Shown here piece after piece: positions 40,745-50,269 of a DNA stretch of 64,000 nucleotides (within the stretch, counting starts at the first letter, position 1; every line of letters begins with the position of its first letter). The stretch spans positions 124,009-188,008 of the forward strand of contig CAVTQV010000005.1 of the NCBI GenBank assembly GCA_963736915.1. The letters are read 5' to 3'. The notes under the pieces were generated by a model. The model had not been told where the DNA came from and searched no databases. It saw nothing but the letters and a program-made list of their open reading frames with translations. A program made the translations under genes and the position numbers. Source of the DNA: an uncultured Acidobacteriaceae bacterium (lineage in GTDB: Bacteria > Acidobacteriota > Terriglobia > Terriglobales > Acidobacteriaceae).

Positions 40745-41374
40745 GTGGATACTTTCGTTCCGATTCGGAGCCGCGCTGAAGTTGTTTTGTTGTGGGCGCA
40801 GTTGCTGCTTGTGCTGGGGGATGCGCTGGCGATTGCGCAGGGGTGGGCTTCGGCGAACGGCGTGGGCGGCGGGCCTGGATGGGTGACGCTAGTGCCGCTG
40901 GTGTGCGTGCTGCCTTCGGCGGCGGCGTTTCGGGAGACCTGGGCGGCGACGATTGGGGTGACGACGGGTGCGTTGGCGTCGCTGGCTGCGATTGCGTGGG
41001 GCTTGTCGTCACACAGCGGCGGCTTCGCGATGCTCTCCGGACTGGCCTTGTCTTTCAACCTGACGTGGCCGTTGTTTGTGGCAGGGGGGCTGCTGTTTGC
41101 CGTAATGCGGGTGCGGGTGGACCGCGAGCGCGAGGCGAGCCGGCTGCACCGGCACACGCGGGCAAACCAGATGGAATTGGAAGCGAGCGAGGTGTGCGGG
41201 TGCATCGCGTGCGAGCGGATTTATTTTCCGAGTGAGATTGTGCGCTGGCTGGAGGATGGCACGGCGATGTGTCCGCACTGCGGAGTGGATGCGGTGGTGG
41301 GGTCGGCTTCGGGGATTCCGATTATGCCTGGGGTTTTACGGCGGGCTCATGAGCGGTGGTTTTTGGTTGGGTGA
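40745..41374 (+). CDS. Membrane protein with C-terminal Zn-binding domain
   Basis: About 4 TM helices, then CGCIAC…MCPHCG. Confidence 0.75.
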   Translation: MDTFVPIRSRAEVVLLWAQLLLVLGDALAIAQGWASANGVGGGPGWVTLVPLVCVLPSAAAFRETWAATIGVTTGALASLAAIAWGLSSHSGGFAMLSGLALSFNLTWPLFVAGGLLFAVMRVRVDREREASRLHRHTRANQMELEASEVCGCIACERIYFPSEIVRWLEDGTAMCPHCGVDAVVGSASGIPIMPGVLRRAHERWFLVG

Positions 41375-41389
41375 GAAATACGCTTGCTC

Positions 41390-41627
41390 CCAAGATGGGA
41401 GCACCGCCGAACTGAAGCAGCAGTATCGATCTGCAAGCATCGTTTCCTCGGAGCGCGTCGTTTTCAATATCAAAGGAAACGAGTACAGGCTGGTAGTGGC
41501 GATCAACTACCCGCATCAGGTACTGCTGATCATCTGGCTGGGCACACACAAGGAATACAACAAGATCGACGTGAAGAAGGTGCGATATGAGAAAAGCAGG
41601 TATGCAGATTCGTCCGATTCGGAGTGA
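41390..41627 (+). pseudogene. higB: 5'-truncated HigB-family toxin
   Basis: TAELKQQYRSASIV…RVVFNIKGNEYRLVVAINY…GTHKEYNKID; N-terminal ~35 aa and start codon absent. Confidence 0.8.
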
Positions 41628-42036
41628 ACGCGACCACGAACGTGCAGTCGCTCGCATCGGCGAGTTGATGAGCGCGCGTCCCGGCACTCCGGAGGGAGAT
41701 GAGCTGGATGTGCTGGCAACGCTGGTCGATGCATATGAGGCGAAGCATCACGCGATCGATGCGCCCGACCCGATTACTGCGATTCACTTCCGAATGGAGC
41801 AGCAAGGGCTAACGCGCAAGGACCTGGAGTCGATGATCGGCAGCCGTGCGCGGGTGTCGGAGGTGCTGACGGGAAAACGGAGCCTGACGCTGGAGATGGT
41901 CCGGCGGGTGAGGACTGGGCTTGGTATCTCCGCGGATTTGCTGATTGGCGGGCAGAGCAAGGGTCGCGGTGTGGCGCGGGCTTCGCTAGGCGCGAGAAAG
42001 GCTGTAGTGATGAAACGTGCACGCAAGCTCGCGTGA
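41602..42036 (+). CDS. higA: HigA antitoxin
   Basis: IRPIRSE.DH..A…GDELDVL..LV.AYE…PDPI.AI.FRMEQ.GL…RVSEVL.GKR.L. Confidence 0.9.
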   Translation: MQIRPIRSERDHERAVARIGELMSARPGTPEGDELDVLATLVDAYEAKHHAIDAPDPITAIHFRMEQQGLTRKDLESMIGSRARVSEVLTGKRSLTLEMVRRVRTGLGISADLLIGGQSKGRGVARASLGARKAVVMKRARKLA

Positions 42037-42075
42037 TTCCGATTATGCCCGGGGTGCTGCTGCGGGGCACATTGA

Positions 42076-42300
42076 TTGAAAGATCGCAGCAATCGCCTCG
42101 CCGTAGTTCATGAGACGGCGGTGGATGTTCATGAAGCAGGTCTGATCAGCGCACAGACCATACGCGAGTTCGACAATCTCTGCCTGACCCCGGTGAAGCC
42201 TTTCTCGCCGAAAGCGATTGCGAGGCTGCGGCGGAAGGCGCATGTGAGCCAGGCCGTCTTCGCTCATCACTTGGATGTGTCTCCGACGAGCGGGCCATCT
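42076..42300 (+). pseudogene. Remnant XRE-HTH antitoxin (YiaG/HigA2-like)
   Basis: VHETA…AGLI..QT.REFD.LCLTPV…I..LR….VSQAVFA..L.VS, then deletion before SGPS. Confidence 0.7.
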
Positions 42301-42326
42301 CATAAGAAAGCAGATACGATGACTCC

Positions 42327-43262
42327 GTGCGCAAGATCGTGCTGTTCGCTAATCCGGTGTTTGGGTCGCGGGCCACACGCGATCTGCCCGCTGTCCTTGA
42401 CGTTTTCAAGCGAGCCGACGTCGAAGTCCAGCTGCTGGAAACGGGGGCAAACCGGGCGGCAGGCGCCCATGCGAAGCAGGCAGTCGAGCAGGTCGTCGAC
42501 GCTATCGTGGTCTGCGGCGGTGATGGAACAGTTTTCGATGTTTTACAAGGAGTCGCCGGATCGGAAGTACCCTTGGGCATCATTCCTTTCGGCACGGGAA
42601 ATATCCTGGCACAAAACTTGCATATTCCTGGCGAGTCGGCCAAAGCGGCACGTTGGCTGCTCGAGGCAAAGCCACGTCCTGTGCCCCTGGGAAAGATTAC
42701 CTGTTGCGTTTCCGGCGGCACACAAACATGGTTCTTCGCGATGGCTGCCGGAATGGGCTTCCACGCAGCGATGATGGGAGCGACCCCACGCCTGGAGAAG
42801 GAGCGGACGGGACGGAAGGCTTATTTCGGCGCGGGCCTCAAAGCGCTCTTCTCACATCCTGTACAACCGTTTGCAATGAAGGTCGAAACGGTGGAGGGGA
42901 AGATATTCGAAAGGCGGGCATCCGAAGCCATCGCAGTACGGGTAGCGGAACTAAACCTGTGGCGGCCCGGCGGGGACCTGGATCTTCCGTTTCTGCGCCT
43001 GGCCAGCGTGGAGGGTGAGTCGCGATGGCATCTTGCCAAAGCATCGTTTGAGGCGCTTGTTCTGGGAGCTGGTCAGCGTAACAGTAGACTTACCAAACGC
43101 ACTGCAGCACGTTATGAAGATGTATTGCGCGTGGAATGTAGCGCTGTTCCGGGGCTGAAGTATCGTACGCCTCTCGCGGTAGAAGCGGATGGCGAAGTTG
43201 TTGGAGCCTCCTGCGCCACCATCGAAATGGCTGGCCTGAGCGTGAGCTTTTTGTCTTGTTGA
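42327..43262 (+). CDS. Diacylglycerol/lipid kinase family
   Basis: NP..G, CGGDGT, GIIPFGTGN.LA, EADGE. Confidence 0.92.
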   Translation: MRKIVLFANPVFGSRATRDLPAVLDVFKRADVEVQLLETGANRAAGAHAKQAVEQVVDAIVVCGGDGTVFDVLQGVAGSEVPLGIIPFGTGNILAQNLHIPGESAKAARWLLEAKPRPVPLGKITCCVSGGTQTWFFAMAAGMGFHAAMMGATPRLEKERTGRKAYFGAGLKALFSHPVQPFAMKVETVEGKIFERRASEAIAVRVAELNLWRPGGDLDLPFLRLASVEGESRWHLAKASFEALVLGAGQRNSRLTKRTAARYEDVLRVECSAVPGLKYRTPLAVEADGEVVGASCATIEMAGLSVSFLSC

Positions 43263-43353
43263 TGGCAGGCGCTGCGACCAATCCTGATCGATGCCAGTTA
43301 GATTGCGGTACGAATCGCCGCGTATGTCAGCGAGAAGGATCGTCGATTCCGAA

Positions 43354-44229
43354 CTATCTGGGCTTCAACGTCTGATATTTGGCAATCGAATATCCGAGCG
43401 CGCTTCCGAGCCACACGTCCGAGGGGAAGTGGGCGGCCTCTGTGATCCGCGAGCAGCTGATAGCGGTCGCCAGTGTGTACGCGAGCACTGGAATCCAGGG
43501 CTTGCCGCGATGACGGTAGCGCTCGGCAACCACCGTCGCCACCGACCACACGGCCGTGGCGTGGCCCGAAGGGAAGCTGCTGCCCTTGAAGGGCGATTTG
43601 CCACCATTGAAGAACGTATTGGAATAGTCACCATTCGGCGCTACGTCGGAGGGCCGCTGGCGGCGCGTTATGGCTTTCATGGCCAGGTCGATGACGACGC
43701 TGTCGCCGTATGCCTCGGCGGCGAGTAGCGATGTATTCACCTCGCGATTATCGTGCCGGATATAGCCGGCGGCCATAAGCCCGGCCGGGAGCGCAATCAC
43801 TTCACCGGTAGTGATCATGGGGTCGAAGATATCGTTGAAGTCATCCAGGTTCTTCTGGTGGTTGCGGAAGTAAGGCATGATGTGCGGATCGGCGTAGATC
43901 AGCCCGATGGTTCCACCAAGAACAATGGCCGTGGGAAGCAGGGAGTGCCCCTTCGCCAGCCGCAGCGGAAAGGTCCACAGATCCTTCTGGTCATGAAGGA
44001 AGTCGCCGGGAAGGCTGCGCCAAGTGGCCTCCCGCTGGGGCACTCCGGTAGTGGTGTCGACGGTGGGATTCGCTGACTGACCAGGATTACCGGGATTACC
44101 TGGCAGCGCCAACAGCCTGGGAGTGGGGGCATCCGGCAGGTTCACGTAGTCCTGCGCAAAGGTTCGCGGGGGGACAAAGGCCACTCCGAGGCATGCCAAC
44201 AGGATGAATGAAGTCCGCTTCTCAATCAT
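43354..44229 (-). CDS. PAP2 phosphatase family protein
   Basis: K…R.RP, SFPSGH, SRI….HFPSD. Confidence 0.9.
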   Translation of the reverse strand: MIEKRTSFILLACLGVAFVPPRTFAQDYVNLPDAPTPRLLALPGNPGNPGQSANPTVDTTTGVPQREATWRSLPGDFLHDQKDLWTFPLRLAKGHSLLPTAIVLGGTIGLIYADPHIMPYFRNHQKNLDDFNDIFDPMITTGEVIALPAGLMAAGYIRHDNREVNTSLLAAEAYGDSVVIDLAMKAITRRQRPSDVAPNGDYSNTFFNGGKSPFKGSSFPSGHATAVWSVATVVAERYRHRGKPWIPVLAYTLATAISCSRITEAAHFPSDVWLGSALGYSIAKYQTLKPR

Positions 44230-44472
44230 CACGAGGGTTGGATGCAGGTTTTTTGCTAGTGCATCGGGGAGCACCCCGCGCGGCAATTTCCGGCTGGCGC
44301 ATCGGCGCCAAAGCCCTCAGAGAGAATCCAGCCACATGGCCGCAAAGTGGTCTGCTGACGCGGATAAGTTCTGAGAAGCCGCTTCCGTTGCCCCAAGATG
44401 AGCTCATGCTCATTCACCACGCGGCGCTTCGAAGAGTTTCGTGTAATCTCGGGCAAAAGGAAGCTGGGAATC

Positions 44473-45159
44473 ATGAGGATACTGCTCTCCGCGTTGTCGC
44501 TGCTCTTGCTGTGTGTGGTTTACCGGGCTTCTGCTCAGGAGCCGAAAAGCGAGGCGTGTCACATAGCGTTGCCGGGGATCACGTTTACACGGTCGCTGAA
44601 CGGTGCTGCTGATGACGCCAAGGTGAGCAATGGGAAGCTGACGCTGAGGGCTGGTGCGAAGCGGGACAATTTCCGCGACCCGAACGGGAAAGGCTCCAAC
44701 AGCAGTGCGCCCGTCCTGCTGACGGAGGTAGACAACACGAAACCGTTCACACTGACGGCGAAGGTTACGCCGACATTTCCTGAGACCTATGATGCGGGGG
44801 CGCTCTACATCTGGGTGAGAGATGACCTGTGGCTGAAGCTGGCGATGGAGATGGATGAACGCCACAAGACCAGGATGGTCACGGTTCGCACGACGGGAAC
44901 TTCCGATGACAACGATCACGATGTGGTGACGGCGAAGAGTGTCTTTATGAAGATCTCTTCGGATGCCAAGGTGGTTGGGTTCTACTATTCGCTCGATGGG
45001 AAGAACTGGCAGTTGATCCGGCTCTTCAAAAATGACTATCCCTCGACGATCTGGTTGGGAGTCAGCACGCAGTCCCCGATGGGCAAGGGAACGTCCGCGG
45101 TGTTCGAGGACCTGTCGTTGACCAAGCGGAGTATTTCGAATTTCAGGCTTGGGAACTAA
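44473..45159 (+). CDS. DUF1349 family secreted protein
   Basis: Signal peptide; YDAGAL, W.KLA.E, TVRT..TSDD, QSP.G.G. Confidence 0.8.
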   Translation: MRILLSALSLLLLCVVYRASAQEPKSEACHIALPGITFTRSLNGAADDAKVSNGKLTLRAGAKRDNFRDPNGKGSNSSAPVLLTEVDNTKPFTLTAKVTPTFPETYDAGALYIWVRDDLWLKLAMEMDERHKTRMVTVRTTGTSDDNDHDVVTAKSVFMKISSDAKVVGFYYSLDGKNWQLIRLFKNDYPSTIWLGVSTQSPMGKGTSAVFEDLSLTKRSISNFRLGN

Positions 45160-45318
45160 CTCGCGTTCACGGATCACCTCCTAACGGCAGGAATTAATCG
45201 CACCGTTCGCTGCGCTCAGGAGTGATCTGGCATCCACAGTTCGGTCGAAGCGTTCGCCTGCCGATGTATAAACACCGCAGACATCTAAGCGCGGAAGAAC
45301 ACGCTTGAGAGGAGAGCT

Positions 45319-45663
45319 ATGAGTGAACTGTTGCTTATCGCCAGACTCAGGATTCACGATGGGAAGCTGGATGAGTTTAAGCCGCTTGCTGCGCGATGCC
45401 TGGAATTGGTGCGCACGAAGGACACGGGGACTTTGGAGTACGTGCAGTACTTGAACAGCGACGGGACGGAGTGTCTGGTGTTTGAGCGGTATCGTGACTC
45501 GCAGGCCATTCTGGATCACCGGAAGAATCTGGCGGAGGTGTTGGCTGCGATTGGTCAGATCTGCTCTGTGTCTGGGGAAGTGTGCGGAACGCCCAGTCCG
45601 GAGCTGACGGAGCAGCTGAAGGGTGGGCCCTTTCTGGTCTACAAGCCGCTTGTGGCAAATTAG
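45319..45663 (+). CDS. ABM-family (quinol monooxygenase-like) protein
   Basis: GKLDEFK…D.GTL.Y…FERYRDS.A…H; RBS GAGGAG. Confidence 0.8.
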   Translation: MSELLLIARLRIHDGKLDEFKPLAARCLELVRTKDTGTLEYVQYLNSDGTECLVFERYRDSQAILDHRKNLAEVLAAIGQICSVSGEVCGTPSPELTEQLKGGPFLVYKPLVAN

Positions 45664-45737
45664 GTAACTGAGAGGGATTCGGTTGCAGGTGCATCTGAGC
45701 CTGCCCTGCATCTGAGCCAGCCAGGAGGAGTCCCATT

Positions 45738-46298
45738 ATGTCTGAACTTTCTGAAACGTCCGCGGCTACATCGACAGGTACATCCGGGATTCCTGCTGAC
45801 GATCCTCGACGCGGGCTGGTGGTGGTGCGGCCGGATGCGGATGCGTCGCTGCTCCATATCGGGCTGGTGGGGGATACGTACACGATCCTGCTGCGGGGCG
45901 AGGATACCGGCGGACGCTATTGCCTGATTGATATGCATATTCCGCCGGGTGGCGGGCCGGCGCCGCATCGGCATGATTTCGAGGAAACGTTTGTGGTGCT
46001 GGTGGGCGAGCTGGAGGCTACGTTTCGCGGGGTGAAGCAGACGGTCCGTGCCGGCGAGACGATCCATATACCGGCGAATGCGCCGCACCAGGTGCGTAAC
46101 GCCTCCGAAGCGCCGGTGCGGGCGCTGTGCACGTGCGCGCCTGCGGGGCAGGAGAGGTTTTTTGAAGAGGTGGGCGTGCGGGTGGCGACGAGAACGACTC
46201 CGCCGCCGCCGCTGGACGAAGCGGGCGAGGCGGCGTTCCGGGAGAAAGCCGGCGCGCTGGCGGCGAAGTATCGTACGGAATTTGTGCGGCCGGGTTGA
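45738..46298 (+). CDS. Cupin domain protein
   Basis: PPGGGP.PHRH.FEE.F.V..G…IPANAPH; RBS AGGAGG. Confidence 0.9.
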   Translation: MSELSETSAATSTGTSGIPADDPRRGLVVVRPDADASLLHIGLVGDTYTILLRGEDTGGRYCLIDMHIPPGGGPAPHRHDFEETFVVLVGELEATFRGVKQTVRAGETIHIPANAPHQVRNASEAPVRALCTCAPAGQERFFEEVGVRVATRTTPPPPLDEAGEAAFREKAGALAAKYRTEFVRPG

Positions 46299-46313
46299 GA
46301 ATCCGCCGCTTGG

Positions 46314-46817
46314 CTATGGCTGCGGTGGCGTGGCGGGGTGGTCCATGCCTGGATGGTCCATTCCGGGATGGTGTTCCCCAGGCTTGAAGGGCATGGGCAT
46401 GCTGTGACCCTGATGGCAGGTGCCGCAGCTTACGGTCTTCTGGTCGGGCGCGGCGTCGGGGTCGTGAATCTGGGAGAGGTACTTGGCGTTGATCTCGTTG
46501 GTCATGGAGATCATGGTGCGCGCGGTGTTTTTGTCGGCCTTCATGTCGGAGGCGAAGTTGGGGCGCCTGGTGGCCGTGTCCTGGGCGTGGCAGAAGGTGC
46601 ATTTGACACCGAGCTGCTGCGAGTAGCCCTGCATGATCTTCATCAGATCCTCGGGCGATGTGTCCTTGGGCAACACTTTGAGGTTGACGGGTTTGGGCAG
46701 CGTCATCGCCTTGTGGGTCTCGCCCGCAGGCGGCGGGGCTTGCTGGGCGATAAGTGGCGAGGGCGGGAAAGCGGGGAGGGCGGCGATGGCTGCTGCCATG
46801 AGAAACGTTCGAAACAT
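46314..46817 (-). CDS. Diheme c-type cytochrome (PufC/CytoC_RC-like)
   Basis: Signal peptide; NLKVLP…LGVKCTFCH…AR.MI.M…INA…VSCGTCH. Confidence 0.88.
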   Translation of the reverse strand: MFRTFLMAAAIAALPAFPPSPLIAQQAPPPAGETHKAMTLPKPVNLKVLPKDTSPEDLMKIMQGYSQQLGVKCTFCHAQDTATRRPNFASDMKADKNTARTMISMTNEINAKYLSQIHDPDAAPDQKTVSCGTCHQGHSMPMPFKPGEHHPGMDHPGMDHPATPPQP

Positions 46818-47140
46818 GCCAGGGCTCCGGATGAGGAGATGTCGCTGCTGAAACAATATTGTCACTGCGGAGCGACACGGCGTTAGCGCGTACCGCCCGG
46901 TGGCACACATTGTTGCACACTTGCCTGGTTTCGATACCGGCGGCGAACGGCTTGCCGCTGCGGATGCACGGCTCGTCGCATGGCGGGCGCGGATGACAGC
47001 TTTGGAGTTTTCGTCCTCTGGGAGGAGCGGCTAGTGTTAGCGCGTTGGTAGTGATTGTCGATCATGCCGACGGAAACGCTGGTTGAAAAATCTGCTCCTG
47101 GCATCAGGCAAACCTGGCATCAGGCAAAAGAGAGGTATTT

Positions 47141-47458
47141 ATGCTTCGCTCATGCACTCTTCTGGCATTGTCAATCTGCTCGGTCGCATCGGCATCTGCA
47201 GCAGTGACTACGAATCATCATTCGAACCGTGCGAAAGACGACCGAGTCTTTGTGACCCTGGTGAACAGCGGTTTTACGTTTATGGACGTGAAGGTTGAGG
47301 GCCGCACCTACACGGTGCAGCCACATAATCTTCTGACCGTGAAAGGGCCGGCGGGAACGGTGGTGTACGTAGCGAGCACGTTCGGAAAACTCCATCGCGG
47401 CGATGTGCTTCTGGCGCTGACACCCGGGCTGGATCAGAGCCGTATCACGATCCGGTGA
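47141..47458 (+). CDS. Small secreted hypothetical protein
   Basis: GAGG RBS, signal peptide. Confidence 0.7.
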   Translation: MLRSCTLLALSICSVASASAAVTTNHHSNRAKDDRVFVTLVNSGFTFMDVKVEGRTYTVQPHNLLTVKGPAGTVVYVASTFGKLHRGDVLLALTPGLDQSRITIR

Positions 47459-47560
47459 CGTTTGTGTGTGAGGGCTGCGGCTCTCGAAGGGCAGGTCCTT
47501 AATGGGCTTGCCCTTTGTTCGTCTGGAACTGTTTTCCAAGTGTCCTGGTCCTGCGCTGCC

Positions 47561-48274
47561 TCACAACTTCTGTATCCACGCGGTGAAGTGGTGCCAGAAG
47601 GTTGCGTGCGGCAGCGCCAGCATGATGACGATCATGAGGGCCATCAGCAGCGAACCCCATGCGGTGACGCGGTGCAGGCGTTTGCGCGAGACGAGGTCGA
47701 AGACGACGATCAAGGCGGGATAGCAGAGATAGAACGCCAGGAACGGAATGAGGCCGGCGAGAAATCGATAGGGCCACCGACTGAGGGCCGGCATGAGGAT
47801 CGCGAGGGTGGCGAAGATCATGAGGCGCTTGTGAGCAGCGCCATCACCTCGCGCGAGCAGGCCCCAGGTTACGAAGATTGAGAAGAAAAGAAGCTGCATC
47901 AGGTCGCCGGCGAGCAGCATTTCCGGGCTTAGATCCGTAACGCCATGCCTCTGTACCGAGTCGATGAGCGTCCAGACGCCGAAGACGACCATGAGCGGCG
48001 CGAGCACAACTCCCAAAATGCCGAGACGCCTATGCCACTTAACGTGGCGGGTAGCAACCAGCCCCACCTGCACCTGGAGCAGCAGAATCCAACTTACAAA
48101 GATGGCGCCATGTACGTGCACCAATTTGTTGGGCAGCCTGGCACGCACCATCCCGGCAAGGAAATAGGTATGAGCGAAGCCGATGAGGACGGTGACCAGA
48201 ATAAGGAGCGCCATCGCCGAGAAGAAGAGATCGTCGGCTCGCAGTCGACGGGGACTTACGGTCATCGTTGCCAT
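47561..48274 (-). CDS. Polytopic membrane protein with conserved His residues
   Basis: VHVHG..F..W…Q..L…WHRRLG…AHKRLM. Confidence 0.8.
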   Translation of the reverse strand: MATMTVSPRRLRADDLFFSAMALLILVTVLIGFAHTYFLAGMVRARLPNKLVHVHGAIFVSWILLLQVQVGLVATRHVKWHRRLGILGVVLAPLMVVFGVWTLIDSVQRHGVTDLSPEMLLAGDLMQLLFFSIFVTWGLLARGDGAAHKRLMIFATLAILMPALSRWPYRFLAGLIPFLAFYLCYPALIVVFDLVSRKRLHRVTAWGSLLMALMIVIMLALPHATFWHHFTAWIQKL

Positions 48275-48440
48275 ACGTCCACCCCGATTTCGAGATCAAA
48301 ATCAGAACGGTGGCCCGGGACCCGCCAAAGGGTATCACGGAGACTATGGCAGCAAAGCGATCTACGCAAAAACCGCCAAATGGGACGGCGCTGACCGATA
48401 GAATCATTGGATGGCAGGACGGGGGATGGCAGGCCGCGGG

Positions 48441-49394
48441 ATGGCGGAGTGGGCGAAGGTCGATTTGGTGGGGGTGGGCTTGAATGCTACCGACACCACG
48501 ATCCATATAGCGGAGTTTCCGGAGTGCGGGTCGAAGGTGGAGTATGACTCGGAGCGGGTGACGCCGGGCGGACAGGTGGCGTCGACCGTAGTGGCGTGCC
48601 AGACCTGGGGACTCGCGACGCGCTATGTGGGCAAGCTGGGCGATGACGATGCAGCACGGCTGCACGCGGAGGCGTTCGAGCGGCTGGGCGTGGAAGCGCA
48701 ATTGATTCGTGCGGCGGGGACGGCGAGCGCGCGGTCGCTGATCCTGGTGGACCGCAGCGGCGAGCGTACGGTGATGTGCCGGCGCGATGAGCGCGTGGTG
48801 CTGCAGGCGGAGGAGTTGCAGCGCGAGTGGATTGTGAATGCGCGCGCGCTGCATGTGGATGGACATGACACGGCGGCGGCGCTGCGGGCGGCGGGGTGGG
48901 CGCGTGAAGCGGGCGTGCCGGTGGTGGCTGACCTGGATGAGATCTATCCCGGCGTGGATGCGCTGATCGAAAAGATTGATTACCTGGTGGTGAGCCGGGA
49001 TTTTCCGCGGCGACTTACAGGCGAGGCGAGTTTGCGGATGGCGTTGCGCGACATCCAGCGGCGCTATGGATGCGCGCTGACCGCGGCGACGCTGGGGCCG
49101 GATGGCGTGCTGGCGTGGGACGGCGAGCGCTTTCTGCATGCGGCGGCGTACCGGGTGCCGGTGGTAGATACGACGGGCGCGGGAGATATCTTCCATGCGG
49201 GATTTATTTATGGGCTGCTGCAGGGCTGGGAGTTGGAGCGGCAGCTTGATTTTTCCTGCGCGGCGGCGGCCTTGAACTGCATGTATGAAGGAGCGCGGGG
49301 CGGCATCCGGCCGGTCGAGACCGTGGAGGCGCTGATGGCGACGACTGCGCGATATGCGGGGATTGAGGACTTGTCTATATCGGCTGTTGGCTGA
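48441..49394 (+). CDS. PfkB family carbohydrate kinase
   Basis: PGGQVA, GKLGDD, DTTGAGDIFHAG. Confidence 0.93.
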   Translation: MAEWAKVDLVGVGLNATDTTIHIAEFPECGSKVEYDSERVTPGGQVASTVVACQTWGLATRYVGKLGDDDAARLHAEAFERLGVEAQLIRAAGTASARSLILVDRSGERTVMCRRDERVVLQAEELQREWIVNARALHVDGHDTAAALRAAGWAREAGVPVVADLDEIYPGVDALIEKIDYLVVSRDFPRRLTGEASLRMALRDIQRRYGCALTAATLGPDGVLAWDGERFLHAAAYRVPVVDTTGAGDIFHAGFIYGLLQGWELERQLDFSCAAAALNCMYEGARGGIRPVETVEALMATTARYAGIEDLSISAVG

Positions 49395-49490
49395 GGGCTC
49401 TGTCGGCGCTGTTGGGAATTCCCGACGAGTCTTTGCGACTTACCGCAAACTCCGTTTTCAAGGAATCTGAGATGGAGCGACAATCAGGAT

Positions 49491-49982
49491 ATGAAAGAGG
49501 ACGCAGAGATCCTGGACTCGGCTAACGAGCGGACAAGTCTCTTAGGGGTAAGAGTTAGTGCGGGGTTGCTAGTCGCGCTTGGGTGTCTATGGGGCTTCTA
49601 TGCTCTTTTCTTTATTGTCATCTTGGGGATAACAGGAGTTCGGGCCTGGAAAACTCATGCTTCTACTCCTGATGATCCTCGTCGGTTCGCTATATTGCTT
49701 CTCGTTGTCATCATCATGACCGCGCTCACATGGCTTTGTGTTAGGGCTGCAGCAGCCTTGCGTGATGCTCGTCGATGGGGAGCTTACGTTGCGATGTCCT
49801 TCGGTTTGTTGCTTCTGCTATTTACCGCCAGCTTTATATACGACATGTACCACCCGGAGCGGCAGGGCCCCGACGAATACTTTGGGATATTGTTCGTGCC
49901 TTTCACACTGCTCATCGGCCTCTGGTGGTGTATCTACCTCAACCTTCCACATGTAAGAGCGTACTTGGATAGCAGTCACTAG
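49491..49982 (+). CDS. Orphan 4-TM membrane protein, lower GC
   Basis: Four hydrophobic segments; AT-richer codons. Confidence 0.65.
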   Translation: MKEDAEILDSANERTSLLGVRVSAGLLVALGCLWGFYALFFIVILGITGVRAWKTHASTPDDPRRFAILLLVVIIMTALTWLCVRAAAALRDARRWGAYVAMSFGLLLLLFTASFIYDMYHPERQGPDEYFGILFVPFTLLIGLWWCIYLNLPHVRAYLDSSH

Positions 49983-50143
49983 TGCTGAACGTGCTCAGAC
50001 TGGCCGCTCTTGTATCTCTAGCTCTGGGGAACTTGCTCGTCTCCACTCCGGATCTCCTGAAAAGTCTGGTTATCGGAAACTTCAGCGGCTCAGCCTGAAT
50101 TCGCCAACGGAATCCGCCGTGGGCTGAAGGCTCTCGGGAGGAG

Positions 50144-50236
50144 AGCAGGCGAAGCTCTCTGCTGCGCGCCTTTCACCCCGTCGACGAAGACCTGTCGCCG
50201 GGGACCGCGAATCTGCGGCGCTCCGGTCGAGATGAC
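50144..50236. repeat. REP-like repeat (…GGTCGAGATGAC) with nested hairpin
   Basis: Matches 56468-56513 except for a ~43 bp hairpin inserted at 50170-50212. Confidence 0.7.
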
Positions 50237-50269
50237 GACGTTTAACTTCCAAACTATTCTTGAGGGATT

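Noticed and set aside
41390-42036. Active higBA toxin-antitoxin system
   Set aside because: The toxin lacks its start and about 35 N-terminal residues, too much to be a single-base error.
42076-42774. 232-aa ORF as an intact gene
   Set aside because: Only the first ~70 aa are HTH-like; the rest is out-of-frame read-through over the lipid kinase gene.
44315-44380. Nested stems in the divergent intergenic region as a riboswitch
   Set aside because: Pairing is possible, but I recognise no riboswitch consensus; it needs cmscan.
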